DNA of 64,000 nucleotides, taken from Trichoplax adhaerens. Taxonomy: Eukaryota; Animalia; Placozoa. Below, one piece after another: positions 39,050 to 51,830 of the stretch; within the stretch, counting starts at the first letter, position 1; every line of letters starts with the position of its first letter. The DNA is taken from assembly GCF_000150275.1 (NCBI RefSeq), contig NW_002060943.1, positions 2,384,462-2,448,461 on the forward strand. The letters are read 5' to 3'. The notes below the pieces were generated by a model, which was given only the letters and a program-made list of their open reading frames with translations, had not been told where the DNA came from and ran no database searches. The position numbers and the translations under genes were made by a program.

Positions 39050-39850
39050 ATAGGATATCATTAAGCACTATTTCGTGACACTGTACCTTAGGAACTACTA
39101 TATTGGTATAGTGATTAAAACAAGATCAAATACTGGATAACTACTATAAGTATAGTTATAAAATTTCATCATTTATCAAACTGACATTAGTGGCTTAGGT
39201 TAATAGTGAGTAGGAGCAATTTGGACTCTTTTTTTAAACTACAAAACGAAGGAGTCTTTTGAAAGGACTATTTTATGATATTATACCTTAGTAACTACTA
39301 TAAATTTATTAGTATAGCGATTAAAATAACATCAAATGCTGGATAACTATTATAAGCATAATTAATCAATTATCCAACTGACATTAGTAGCTTAGGCTAC
39401 AAGTGAGTAGGAGCAATCTGAACTTTTTAAGAGAGCAATTAATTAATTATTAGGGAAGCTGGTAAGTGATTTAGTTGAAGGATAGTTTTACGTAGATTGG
39501 GTACATTGGGAACTGGAATCAAACATGACAATCGTTCACCGTTTTTATATCTCATGACTGTTAATCTAAACTTTTAGTTGCAATAGGAGGATCATTAAAG
39601 AGACTATTTCGTGATATTGTACCTTAGTAACTACTATGCATTTATTTGTACAGTGATTAAAACAACATCAAATACTGGATGACTATTATGAGCATAATTA
39701 ATTAATCACTTATTATCAAACTGACAAAATCGGCTTGGACTGCAAACGAGTAGCGACAATTTGGACTCTTTAGTAAGTAAATTAAGAGAGCATTTATTAG
39801 CGAAGCTGGAAAGTAGCTTGGTTGAAGGATAGTTTCAAGCAGATTGTATA
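39050..39850. repeat. Three degenerate direct copies of a 200-330-bp unit upstream of the clathrin-like gene
   Basis: ctattt(c/t)(g/a)tga...accttag(g/t)aactactat...gattaaaa...atcaaat(a/g)ctggat...aactgaca...gagtag...caat(t/c)tg recurs near 39068, 39268 and 39604. Confidence 0.85.
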
Positions 39851-39855
39851 CGTTG

Positions 39856-42800
39856 ATGATGGATCAAATAGCACCATTCAAGACTAAATTATATCTCCAG
39901 GTAAATGTAACAGGATAATACCCTACAAGGCAGAATAATACCTATTGGTCATTTTGTGATATTTTTTCTACATGGATTATACGTGATTAACACGACGATT
40001 GCTTCGCTATCGATTGATCATTTTGCATATCTAATTTTGATATCATAGCTAAAGGATCAGGGAATACTTGCAAAAGATGTTGGATTTAACGCATTAACTA
40101 TACCATCGGATAGGTTTATATGTGCTCGTCAGCAAACGGAACCTAATCAATCGCAGTTCATTGTCCTTGATTTAGCTTCACCAATGCAAAAAATTCCATT
40201 AATTTGTCCTACATTGACTGAGTCCGCTATTATGAATCCGGTGATTAAAGTCATTGCAATTAAAGGTAAAATGACAGAGCTACGTTGAAATTGTTTCCCT
40301 TTATCCATAACAATAACAAACGATACATCTTTTAAGCCGACTATTTTCTAGATTTTAGTCAAAAATTCACCTTAAACGATATATCTCCTAGTCTAATATT
40401 ACGGTGCATATACATCACTTACCTTGAGAATGGTTGTCTTTCTTTATTTTAGCTGTCAGGTACTCTATATTAATAGATCTTTCAAGTTGATTCTATTTAT
40501 TTGCATGTCTTTAACTTAATAGCTTTTATTCAATAGGATTTTTATTTCCATTCTATGACATTAAATGCGATTTTTTAAGCTATTTGTCAAATTATTTTAT
40601 ACAAGATTATTCTTCAGCTTAGCGGCAATGCTAACACCTAGAGAAATAGACCATAAAAACAAACATTTAATGAACTTAAATACTTGGCACAGATCTTTCT
40701 GAGTAGGTTATGATTAACATTTTCATCTGCTCCCATTTTGTAGAGGGTCAAAAGCTTCAAACATTTGATTTAGAAATGAAAATTTGTTTGAAAACGATTT
40801 TCCTCCAGGAATATACGACATTCTGGAAGTGGATTTCTGTTAATGTTATAGCCTTAGTCACTCAAACAAAAGTATATCACTGGTCTATGGAAGGTAAAGT
40901 ACTGTAGTAGCAAAATCGGGAATTAACAAGCCTATTTCTCGATTGCCATCTGCAAATTTTAAACGAAAAAGTAGCGAATAAAAATATTTTACTTCGATTT
41001 GCTGCTTTTGATACAAAATTTGATTTTATACGCATTTTAATACAATCTATAACATGAAAGAAAAGGATAAATCGACTACTGCCGCATATTTTATGACATG
41101 ATGGAACTCCATCCATACTACTATTATAGCAATTTAAGTAAATTATCCTTTAGAGATGGCGGCCTAAAATCTTCTATCTCATCAATCATTGCTGTAATTT
41201 AAACGATATTCAGGGAATACCCAACTGAATGAAATCCATGCTAGGCATCAAGCCTTAAACGGTTACCAAATCATTAATTATCACGTCGATCATACTAAAA
41301 AGTGGTCATTATTGATTGGTATTAGAGTGCAAGTGAGTTAACTACTCGCTTTTTCTACATTTTAAGTCATTATTGAAACCATGAACGCTATTTTGACATC
41401 ATGTATTAACGTATGGAGAACTTGATTGAACTTAAGTTATTTTTCGGTGCTATTAGAATCATCGAGTTCTTGGTGTTCTACAACTTTACAATACCGAAAC
41501 GAAAATAAGTCAATTAATTGAAGGACATGTAGCAGCTTTTGCTTCCGTAAAACTGGGGGATAATTATGAACCTTCGAATCTATTAATCATTGGTACTCGT
41601 CGTCTCAAAGGTGGAACGGTAATAAAAGATTACGAAAACGAACTAGATTTTAAAAGATTATAACTGCATTTATATACGCTTAGCCATCTCTATTTTTCAT
41701 AAAATGTCATCAATCAATTCTAATTACCATGATAGCTACGCATTTTGGAGATTGGAGATCCACCTCTTAACAATGAACCATTCCAGGAACAGACATTGGA
41801 ACTACTTTTTCCTTCAGAAATTCAAAATGACTTTCCCGTCTGTCTTCAGGTCAGTTTTATGGGATTAGTTTAGTGCAATTGGAAAGTTGCTGCAGTGATC
41901 ATGCTTCCCAAGAATATTTTGATATTGTTCTTTACTATTTTTATCAACATGCGGAAAGAAGCTTAGGGACTGGAGAAACAAAATGATATTTCTATTTTCT
42001 TCTTCAGATAAACGAAAAACATGGTCTAATATATCTAATTACTAAATATAGTTATCTCCATGTGTGCACTATTGAATCTATGCAGTGTATTTATATGGGT
42101 AAGTTAAGCAACGCAAATACCTTTGCTGCAACGTTAGATACATCATCTCATGGCATTTTAAGTGTCGACGATAATGGGCAGGTAAAATTGGCTAGATGAT
42201 TTTTTGAGTGCCTTGCTTACTTGAGAATGATTTTAACTAACTTGGGTGTAAACTTAATTACTTTTTTTCATTCCTTTTCAATACTGATTCTATATCAGGT
42301 TTTTTCTACCAGCATGAATACAGAAAATATCGTGCCCTACATTATCAATACCCTCCAAAATAAGGCCCTGGCCAGAAAGGTGGCACTCCGTTGCAATTTA
42401 AGTGGTGCTGAAGATCTTTTTATCGAGGAATTTAATCAACTATTTGACAGTGGTGAATATGTAGCAGCTGCAAAGATTGCAGTCTCAGCGCCAAAGGTTG
42501 GCTTTCTAATTATCTATAATTTTAACGTTTAGAAACTATGCATGCGAACAAGTATCAAGTTGATGAGAATTTTGACAGATGTTAATAATTTACTGTTTTA
42601 TAGCGCTCTCCAGTTCTTCATCAATGCTGGAGTATTCTTTACATTCTTACTATTCTTGCTGATATAAGTAGAAAGTATAGTTATAGTATATAGTATATCA
42701 TCTATAATATAGTATACGTACTATGAGTATCGAATTGACGAGAATTTTGACAGATATTAGTTTAACTATTTTGTAGTGCTCTCTAGTTCTTCATCGTTGC

Positions 42801-44627
42801 TAGAGTATTCTTCAAGTTCTTACTATTCTTATTGATATGAGTATAAGTATAATCATAGCGCAAAAAGATCTAACATAAAGCATCCACACGTAGTAGTATT
42901 CAAGCATTAATAATTTCATATACACTTTAAAACACGTTTGTACACTGTACTAATACTCATGTAGAAGGCAAGTCAATGTCTTGTTTAAGGCGACTGATTT
43001 ACTAATATTCAAGTCAAATTTTCACATTCTTGCTCGTAATATGGATTAGGGCGTCTTAAGAACATCACAAACTATTCAAAGATTTCAACAGCATATTCCA
43101 AGAACAACTACCGCTTTAGCGATATATTTTGATGTCTTATTAAGGCAAGGCAAGCTGAATCGTTATGAATCACTTGAATTATCCAAGCGATTGATTCATA
43201 CTGGCAAGAATCAGGCTTTAGAACATTGGCTGAAACAAGCAAAGGTAAACCAGTATTTCGGTTACTCTTATTTCACTTTCCATTATGAAGAATTTCATGA
43301 ATTAAAATTTTCGTATTCATTCTAAATCACCACGAAACACAATTGCATTCGAGCAATAAATCTGACATCTATAGTGCGAACGTACGCCAAGTTTTAAAGC
43401 TATGTTTCGTATCTTTCTTTTTAAAATGAATTTAATGCAACATATCTTAAATATCTAGTCTCTCATTTTAACATTTATGAGCTATTCTTATTTCAATTGA
43501 GTTTTGTTGCAGATTCTAAATTCTTTCTAAAATATTTTTAATAGCTTGAAAATAGCGAAGAATTGGGAGATTTACTTAGGTCATCGAATCCCGTTACTGC
43601 ATCTTCCATTTATCTTGCTATTCAAAAACCTAAAAAAGTAATTATTAATGCCTTGTTTCGGCTTATAATTGCAATAATTAGAAAGTAATGCAGTAAAACA
43701 TCTCTCTACGGGATAATTAATGTTACGGTATTCTAATGTTTTCAGGCAGTGGAATGCTTTCTTGATGTTGAAAATGAGAAATTGGATCAATATGATGATA
43801 CAGTCTTCAACGTAGGATATAAGAGTCACTAATTATTTTTTAAAGAATTCTTGCTGTCGATATAATGTAATATTCAATTTTGCCTGCTATTTTTTTAGAT
43901 TTGCTACAGCAATAGACTATTTGATTGCTTAGCTAGTTATATTATGAAGCGCTGCAAACTTGACCTATGGGCAAAAGTGTTAAGCAACAGTAATGAATGG
44001 AGGCAGGAATTGATTGATCAATTATTTCCCGTTGCCATTACGAGGCAGCATAATAGCGACGAAATTACTATAATCATCAGAGCATTGATTGCAGCTAATT
44101 TGCACTATGAAGTAATTAAAATTATAGGGAAACTAATCAAAGACAATTCAATATATGCTGAGAACGAAACACTGCAGAATTTGCTGATTTTAACAGCTAT
44201 GAAAGTTCGTCATCAATATTTATTGGACTTTATTACAAACCTTCAACATTACGATCACATTGAAATTGCCACAGTTGCTACAAGAAATCGTTTCTATCAT
44301 GAGGCTTTTATAGTATTAAAAAAGTTAAAGAGCAAGGCAATAGCAATTCAGGTCTTAATCAATAATGAATCAAGTCTAGCGTATGCTTATCAGTTTGCAG
44401 AGTATTGTCAAGAGCCAGTAGTGTGGAGCATTTTAGGCAAGGCTCAACTAGACTCTCATCTGATTAAGGAAGCTATCGATTCTTACATTAAAGCTAAGGA
44501 TGTGTCTGCGTATAAAAAAATTGTTTCAGAGGCTCAAAAAGCAGGTCATTTCCAACATTTGCAACGTTATCTACGTATGGCTGAGCTAAATACTTTCGAT
44601 GCATTGAAAGAGGACTTAATGTATTAA
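39856..44627 (+). CDS. CLTC: Divergent, shortened clathrin heavy chain-like paralogue, about 753 aa: terminal beta-propeller, linker and a knee-region segment; no proximal leg or trimerisation domain
   Basis: Twelve GT-AG-joined exons (39856-39900, 40049-40265, 40744-40893, 41214-41332, 41457-41618, 41736-41849, 42008-42181, 42299-42496, 43050-43244, 43545-43637, 43746-43811, 43899-44627) total 2262 nt without stops. Clathrin motifs: SAIMNP, FWKWIS, VYHWSMEG, QIINY, IEGH, QNDFPV, NLSGAEDLF, SEELGDL, LQNLLILTA, EPVVWSILGKAQL, KEAIDSYIKA. Confidence 0.9.
42560..42855. repeat. Direct duplication of about 170 bp in intron 8 of the clathrin-like gene
   Basis: gagaattttgacagat...ctct(c)(c/t)agttcttcatc...gagtattctt...ttcttactattctt occurs near 42565 and 42740. 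Confidence 0.8.
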
Positions 44628-45369
44628 TCAATCCGATAATATTGGAAGCTAAAATTCTATTGATGATAATTTAACTGGAGCTATGATAGTTCTGATAATA
44701 TTTATGCTCGTATAAAATATCAAAAATTATGATGCAATTGAATTTCATTCTTAGTAGAAATTATTCAGAGATAATGGAAATTTATGCATATGTTGCGTTC
44801 AATCCATATATACTCTTATGATGCCAGTTAAATGTAGCGATAGGTTTCAAACATCCTTCTGCTGGCATTGGATGGAGTTATAAATAAATATTACATTGCT
44901 ATTTATTGGTTGTATTAGTAATGCCATGTAACCTCTTGTTCTTCAATGTCTACTGAAAGGTGGTATCTACTTATAATTTAGATTTACTAGGATAACACGT
45001 TAATCTAGGATGCATATTTTGATTTTGATAATTTGACATAATGGTACATATCAGAAATGTAAATTGATGAATGTGATAACGTAATGTGTCAAATTTGCAG
45101 TACCGTATTTATTCGTTACTGTATATTAATCCGTTTAATATCGGCTATAATATATTAGCCTATACATACTACCTACAAAATGGAAAAGATTTTGGGTAAG
45201 ATATTGAATGTCTACTTTGATTGTGATCATCGGAGATAATTTTATGAAGGGTGTATAATTGTTATAGAATTGATCGCTACATTATATTACACAATTTACT
45301 ATACTTATTTTTTGAAAAAATCTGTTATATTTAATCTATTTCAGTTAGCACAGTGTCAACTAGATTATC

Positions 45370-47030
45370 CGCGTATACAGTAAGCTATTACATTAATTAG
45401 CGAGAATAACTTTCTTCTTTATAGATATTCTATGCTTAAAAGATGACTAGACAATATACAAGATATGAAAAGATTATTAAATATTAAATATAGCATCAAC
45501 CTAAATATTCGCATATCAGCTACTGCATTAATCAGGGAGAAAAACTTCTACTTTAATATACAATCTGTAGTTAAAAGGTGTCTATACAAAATAAAAGATA
45601 TGTTTACTTACATATCAGCACTTTAAATAATGAACGAAAGTAATTTCGATTTTAACATGCGCGTATAGTACAATCCGTACTCGAAAATATGAAAAAGATG
45701 ATCAATTATTGAATATAACAACAACTAAAATGCCTACTCGCATATAAACTACTGTATTAATTACCGGTGATATCTTTCAGTTTAATTTACAATCTATACT
45801 TTAGAGATGATTAGATTATAAACGAAAAATGAAAAAGATAATTAAATATTGAAAATAATTTCGACTAGAATACCTGCTGACATATCAATTACAGGATTAA
45901 TCACCACGAATGGCTTTTATTTTATTATATAATCTACATTTTAGAGATGACTAAATGAATTATATGCCTGAGTAAAACAGGAGGATTAAATGAATATATA
46001 ATATCATCGATTATAATATCATCGATTAGAGTACTCGCATATAATCTACGGTATTTATTACTAAGGATATCTTCTATCTTAATATACAATCTATACTGTG
46101 AGGAGGACTACGCAATATGCAAGCTACGTGCATGAAAAAAATAATTAAATATTGAACGAATATCGACTAGGATACTTGAATATCAGCTTGTAGCGAAGTG
46201 ACGTTAAGTCATATTAATGCTGATAGTAAGTTGTACGGATGTGTAATAAATTAGTGAGTACATGATGATACGATCAACCGGAGTGCGTACTAAAATTTAG
46301 ACTCGTGTTACGTACAAGACAAACTTAGGACCTAGCATAATAGCGCAAGCTATTACACAGCTATCGTATTAATTGCTGAGGATATCCTCTATCTTAATAT
46401 GCAATCTATTCTTTAAGAAGGACTACTCAACATACGAGCTACGCATATGAAAGAGAATAATTAAATATTGCATAGGATATCGACTAGAATACTCGCATAT
46501 CAGCTACCGTATTTATTACTGAAAACATCTTTTATCTTAAAGTACAATCTATACTTTAAGGAGGACTACGCAGTATAAGAGATACGAAAAAATAATGAAA
46601 TATTGAATAGATTATCGATTAGAATAATCAGATATCAGCTACAGTATTTATTTCAGGTGATATCTTTTATCTTAATATACAGTCTATGCTTTATGGAGGA
46701 CTACTCAATATTTGAGACAGGAAAAAAGGATTAAATTTTAAATAGCAAATCGACTAGAATAATCAGATATCGTCTACTGCATTGATTACCAAAGCTATCT
46801 TTTATCTTGATATACAGTCTATTCTTAAGGAGGACTGCTTAATATACAAGTTAAGCGCATGAAAAGAATAACTAAATACTGAATAGAATATCGACTAGAA
46901 AACTCGGATATCAGCTACTTTATTACCAAAGATATCTTCATCTTAATACTAGATACTGATAGCCTATGCTTGAAAGACGACTACGCTACACCATATACAA
47001 GATATGAAAAGGATGATTAAATATAGATGG
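45370..47030. repeat. Degenerate tandem repeat of about 120-140 bp, about 12 copies
   Basis: Recurring atatcagctac..tatt..ttac...gatatc.t.tatcttaatataca(a/g)tctat.ctt...gaggactac...aattaaatattgaat...atcgactagaatactcgc. Confidence 0.88.
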
Positions 47031-48784
47031 ATATCCATAATGAGGAGGTAGTGACGAAATGATTACCATGGTGAATTAAACTGACGTAATGATGAAGGCT
47101 TTGTCAGCTAAGCTGGGCCGCTCCTATTCTCTTTTCTCTTCTTCATCATTATCAAGTGTATGACAATCAAAAAAATGAAATAACTTAATTAATATAGGGC
47201 TGGAAATAAACTTAGCGCATTAACTTTGCTGTCCTAATCTTATACTATATTAGTATAGCTTACAATGACGCATAAGCTACTATAAATAGCGATAAATTAT
47301 TTATACAGCGAAGTTAATTTGTTATATGCTTGGCAAATGAAAGTTGTTATTCGACATTTCAATCATTTCTTGGATTAAATAACCTCATGATTTTCATTTG
47401 ATTCAGAATCTTTCGTTTTACATCCTATTCAAAGGTAGGTAGACCGTTAAAGTTTACTTTATTACGCTGCTTTTCTAATAATTTCGTTTCGAAATTATTG
47501 GTAGTAAATCATTTTTCGACTGATTACTAAAGTTACTTTGTGGCAACTGTTCAATAGCTGAGTTGTCTTGATTCTTCGATATTGATCACAAGAAGTCAAT
47601 AAATATGACTTGGTTTATTTTGAGAGAAAATGAAGTTGCTATTTGCGTCTAAATAGATGGAATGAGACAGAAGCATCATTTTTATCCTGCTATGTTTTGA
47701 GAATGATATCTTGATTGAAAGGATGTAATCTATTTTTTTATTTTGACTCATACTGATATTGGATATACTGTACTTTTATAAAGTTAAATTATAATCACTA
47801 TGGAATACTGTCTTGATCGATGTCATACCGTAAAATTTTTTAGAATGAAGGTGTTCTAGTTTTTGTTTAGCATGAGTCAAAGTACGCCATCGAATTAAAG
47901 TCCAGTTTCTTTACATTTAAATAAATCCATCCATTCTCGTTCGAATAACAATTGAGGAGAGGAATCGAAAGAATTTTCTACTCCAAGTAGAAATAGTGGC
48001 AATTAAAAATACCATCACTAATGACACAATTTTGATTTAAAATACTTATTTCTACAATCAATTGTTTACTTCAATTTGATATGGTTGTAATCTCAGTATT
48101 CTTACATTTATTTCACAAGCTACAGATATTTTGTTTATCAAATTGAGCTAATAATGGGTTAAAGGCTACTCTAAAAGCTCTAATATCCGAAAGATATACT
48201 CTAGATTGATGAAGAAAGTAGTATTCGCTAGTATTCCCTGACAGAAGAATGCTTGCCAATGTTATAGCACATACCAGCACGTTATTAAAGCTGCTAATCT
48301 TTGATTTTGTCAGGGAACAGGAATGATATTTTTCATTCCTTTTTTTAACGATAGTAAAGTGTGTTAAGAATTCCATCATTTATTCTTGATGTGTCGTTAA
48401 TACTGACTAAAACATGTTTAATTCAGCTTTCTGTCACATAATATAATAAGGATACATTTTATGTTATCCTAATGTCAGTCATTCTTTTATGAGCACGGAA
48501 GGACTTTATTAACTAAAGCTTTTTTGATTAGTAAGGACGTTATCACCAGGCTATCAAGTATGAATATCTTTGTATACGACATCTTAAATAATCTTGTGCA
48601 AGTCGATGCTATTGATTACTGATTGTTTAACTAATGTACAAGAACGAATCAACAAGACATTGAATTACAAATAGTAGAAATTCATAATTCACTTATAGTA
48701 TTAATGCTATGTTAGGAATTGTTGTGCGCCAAAAAATCGCCAAATTTAATTTTATACTGTTCTTTTTTGTGCAACAGATTCAAT

Positions 48785-51055
48785 ATGCTCCATTTCCGTT
48801 GCCTGTGCTTGATTATCGCTGCGATATTAGCGATATTTTATCCAATATCGGTAATTGGAAATCGACCAATGTTGGACCAATTCAAGAAATACGATGTGAT
48901 CAATTATGATGCTGAAGAATTTGCTGAACATCATGAAAGATCACGCCGTAGTCCATCCGCTCATACCATGTTAGAATTTCACGCATATCACAGACATTTC
49001 CAATTACGACTTAAACGGGATACAAGTTTATACACCGATGATTTTATGATCGAATCCGGTAATGGCCAACCGGTCGAATTTGACATGCATAATATCGTTT
49101 CTGGACACTTGGTTGACGATGCAAAATCACTTGTGCATGGGACGATAGTCGATGGCATCTTTCAAGGTAAAATTTATACCGGAGAAGAACATCCTGAACA
49201 ATATTATATCGAACCATCGACTCGTTATTTCTCCAAAGACCAGCCTTTCCATTCCATTGTCTATCGACGATCGGATGTTCGAGTCAAGAAAAGCTATCAA
49301 GTGGGTACATGTGGTTTAGATGACAAGGAAAATATTCGTATGAGTGATATATTACAAAGTTGGGAACATTATGGACAAGCTTTAGATACCAAAAGAATTC
49401 CATCGATGTTTCAAAATCAACCATCTCATTCTAAGAGGAATAAACGAGCACCACCAACTAGAAATACTTGTCAGCTCTTGGTACAAGCAGATCATACCTT
49501 TACCACCTATATGGGTAGTAAAGAACAGGCTATCGCTGCTTTAAATGGTTATCTTCAGGCAGTCAACAAAATTTACGAAGTAATTGATTTTGATGGCGAT
49601 TCATCAGCTGATGGTATCGGATTTATCGTTCGTAGGATGAAAATTAATACAACAAGTGATGCCAGCCAGCCTAATAACCCATTTGCTCCAAGTAATATCG
49701 GTGTATCAAGCTATTTGGATATTACTTCTACTGCTAATCATGATCCCTACTGCTTAGCTTACACCTTTGCTGATCGTGATTTCGATAATGGCGTCCTGGG
49801 TTTAGCTTGGGTTGGTAGTGCAACGGGTAATGCTGGTATTTGTGCTAAGAATAGCGCCTATAAGGGGCAAAAAATGTCTTTAAATGCTGGTATTGTGACT
49901 ATTTTAAACTATGGCACAAGGGTTAGTACAGCCGTGACAGAAGTTACATTTGCCCATGAGCTAGGCCATAATTTTGGGTCGCAACATGATCCTACGACTA
50001 ATACACAATGTGCGCCTGGCTCGCCTCAAGGCAATTATATTATGTATCCACAAGCAACTACAGGCCGAGATCCTAACAACAAGCAATTTTCAAGTTGTAG
50101 TAAAAACTATATGCAACCTGTCATTAATGCTAAAGGAATTAGTAGCAGTGGTTGTTTTGTAAATCGAGCTACTTCTATATGTGGCAATGGGGTCGTTGAA
50201 GGCAATGAACAGTGTGATTGTGGTTATCGATCGGATTGCCAAGATAACTGTTGCAATGCTCCTTATGATAATCCATCTCAAGAGCCTGCTGGTTATCAAG
50301 CATGTACCCTTAAAGCAGGCTCTGTTTGTGGCCAAAGCTCTGGCATTTGTTGCAATCCTACAAATTGCCGATACTATGAATCAAGTGATAATCAGTTATG
50401 CACAGTATCGACTGAATGCAGCCAAAATGCTTACTGCAATGGTAGCCGCTATCAGGATAAATGTCCAACACCGGCATCGAAACCAGATGGAACATCATGT
50501 CGTAAGGGGAGTAATGTATGTAGCAATGGTGATTGTGATGGATCGATATGTTTAGCTGCTGATTTAGCCAGTTGTGCTTGTACTACTCAAGCCGATTATT
50601 GTAATACATGTTGTAAATCTGGTAATACTTGTGTTTCAAGTAAGACGATTAGTGCATTAGCCAATTTTAGCGTTCAACAAGCACCTGGCTCTTCCTGTAA
50701 CAACTTCCAAGGCTATTGCGATGTATTTGGTAAATGCCGTGCTGTTAATGAAAATGGACCGCTAACGAAATTAACCAATTTATTATTCTCGGCAGAAGGT
50801 ATAAGAAATATGTTGGATTGGATGAAACAATATCCATGGGCGGTTGCACTAATTATTGCTGGTTTTATAATCTTGATGGCCTTATTTGTCAAGTTATGCA
50901 GCCGAGCTACACCAAGTGATAATCCAAAATTTAGCTCAAGGGTATCAACACCGCGACGAGTTGATGTTGCTCCAACTGGTCATAGTCAAGAAATGTCTGA
51001 TCATCATTATTATGAGCAAGAGGATCGTTACGATTATAATAAAAGGCGATATTAA
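48785..51055 (+). CDS. ADAM10: ADAM10/Kuzbanian metalloprotease-disintegrin, about 756 aa, intronless CDS
   Basis: Signal peptide from MLHFRCL; prodomain HFQLRLKRDTSL...YYIEP; furin site RNKR; YCLAYTFADRDFDNGVLGLAWVG; zinc motif HELGHNFGSQHD; Met-turn YIMY; disintegrin CGNGVVEGNEQCDCG; CNNFQGYCDVFGKCR; TM helix. Confidence 0.96.
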   Translation: MLHFRCLCLIIAAILAIFYPISVIGNRPMLDQFKKYDVINYDAEEFAEHHERSRRSPSAHTMLEFHAYHRHFQLRLKRDTSLYTDDFMIESGNGQPVEFDMHNIVSGHLVDDAKSLVHGTIVDGIFQGKIYTGEEHPEQYYIEPSTRYFSKDQPFHSIVYRRSDVRVKKSYQVGTCGLDDKENIRMSDILQSWEHYGQALDTKRIPSMFQNQPSHSKRNKRAPPTRNTCQLLVQADHTFTTYMGSKEQAIAALNGYLQAVNKIYEVIDFDGDSSADGIGFIVRRMKINTTSDASQPNNPFAPSNIGVSSYLDITSTANHDPYCLAYTFADRDFDNGVLGLAWVGSATGNAGICAKNSAYKGQKMSLNAGIVTILNYGTRVSTAVTEVTFAHELGHNFGSQHDPTTNTQCAPGSPQGNYIMYPQATTGRDPNNKQFSSCSKNYMQPVINAKGISSSGCFVNRATSICGNGVVEGNEQCDCGYRSDCQDNCCNAPYDNPSQEPAGYQACTLKAGSVCGQSSGICCNPTNCRYYESSDNQLCTVSTECSQNAYCNGSRYQDKCPTPASKPDGTSCRKGSNVCSNGDCDGSICLAADLASCACTTQADYCNTCCKSGNTCVSSKTISALANFSVQQAPGSSCNNFQGYCDVFGKCRAVNENGPLTKLTNLLFSAEGIRNMLDWMKQYPWAVALIIAGFIILMALFVKLCSRATPSDNPKFSSRVSTPRRVDVAPTGHSQEMSDHHYYEQEDRYDYNKRRY

Positions 51056-51374
51056 TTAATTCATTTATGAACGACGATAGCCAAAGGTCTAGATAGTATC
51101 CTACTGGTATTCTAATTCAAATCAATAATTAGCATAGTTTATCATTTAGTCATTCTCTCTATCAGTTCTGATAGTAATATCATGGTTTGTCTTATAAATT
51201 ACTGCAATTTAAGATCATGAACAAAAGCATGTCATCAACAAGAATCAAATTTATTTTCCAATATTTGTATCATATTCTTCTTTTGCTAATTCAATAATTT
51301 GAAATATAATCATAGTAACCTATAACTCAAACTGTTGTACTTAGTTTACTTATGAAATTTTGATCGCATAATCT

Positions 51375-51830
51375 TTACTATCTCATTCTATGCTACTACC
51401 TTAGACAAGATATCGATGTTTTAATAGGGGTGATTGGATTTTACTGCCTATTGCAATTAAAAAACCAATCGCCTATCCTATATCTAGCAATCTCATTCTA
51501 TGCTACTACTTTAGATAAGATATCGATATTTTAATAGAAATAATCGGATTTTACTACATTTCCATAAGTAAAAACCAATAGTCCATCTTGTGTCTAATCA
51601 TCTTTTTCTATGCTACTACTTTATAGACAAGATATCGCTATTGTAATAGAGATGACTACATCTTATTACATATTGAAAACTAAACATCAATCGTCTGTCC
51701 TATGCCTGATGATCTCTTTCTATGCTACTACTTTAGACAAGATATCGATGTTATAATAGGGATGATTGGATTTTACTACCTATTGAAAAGTGAAAACCAA
51801 TAGCCTATTCTATATCTTATGATCTCTTAA
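51375..51830. repeat. Tandem repeat of about 112 bp, 4 copies
   Basis: tct(c/t)(a/t)ttctatgctactac(c/t)tt(at)aga(c/t)aagatatcg...taatag...tactac recurs near 51381, 51491, 51601 and 51713. Confidence 0.9.

Noticed and set aside
49974-50555. Alternative-frame and antisense ORFs inside ADAM10 (likewise inside the LRR, INTS2 and GPCR exons)
   Set aside because: Shadow ORFs of real coding sequence with no independent support.
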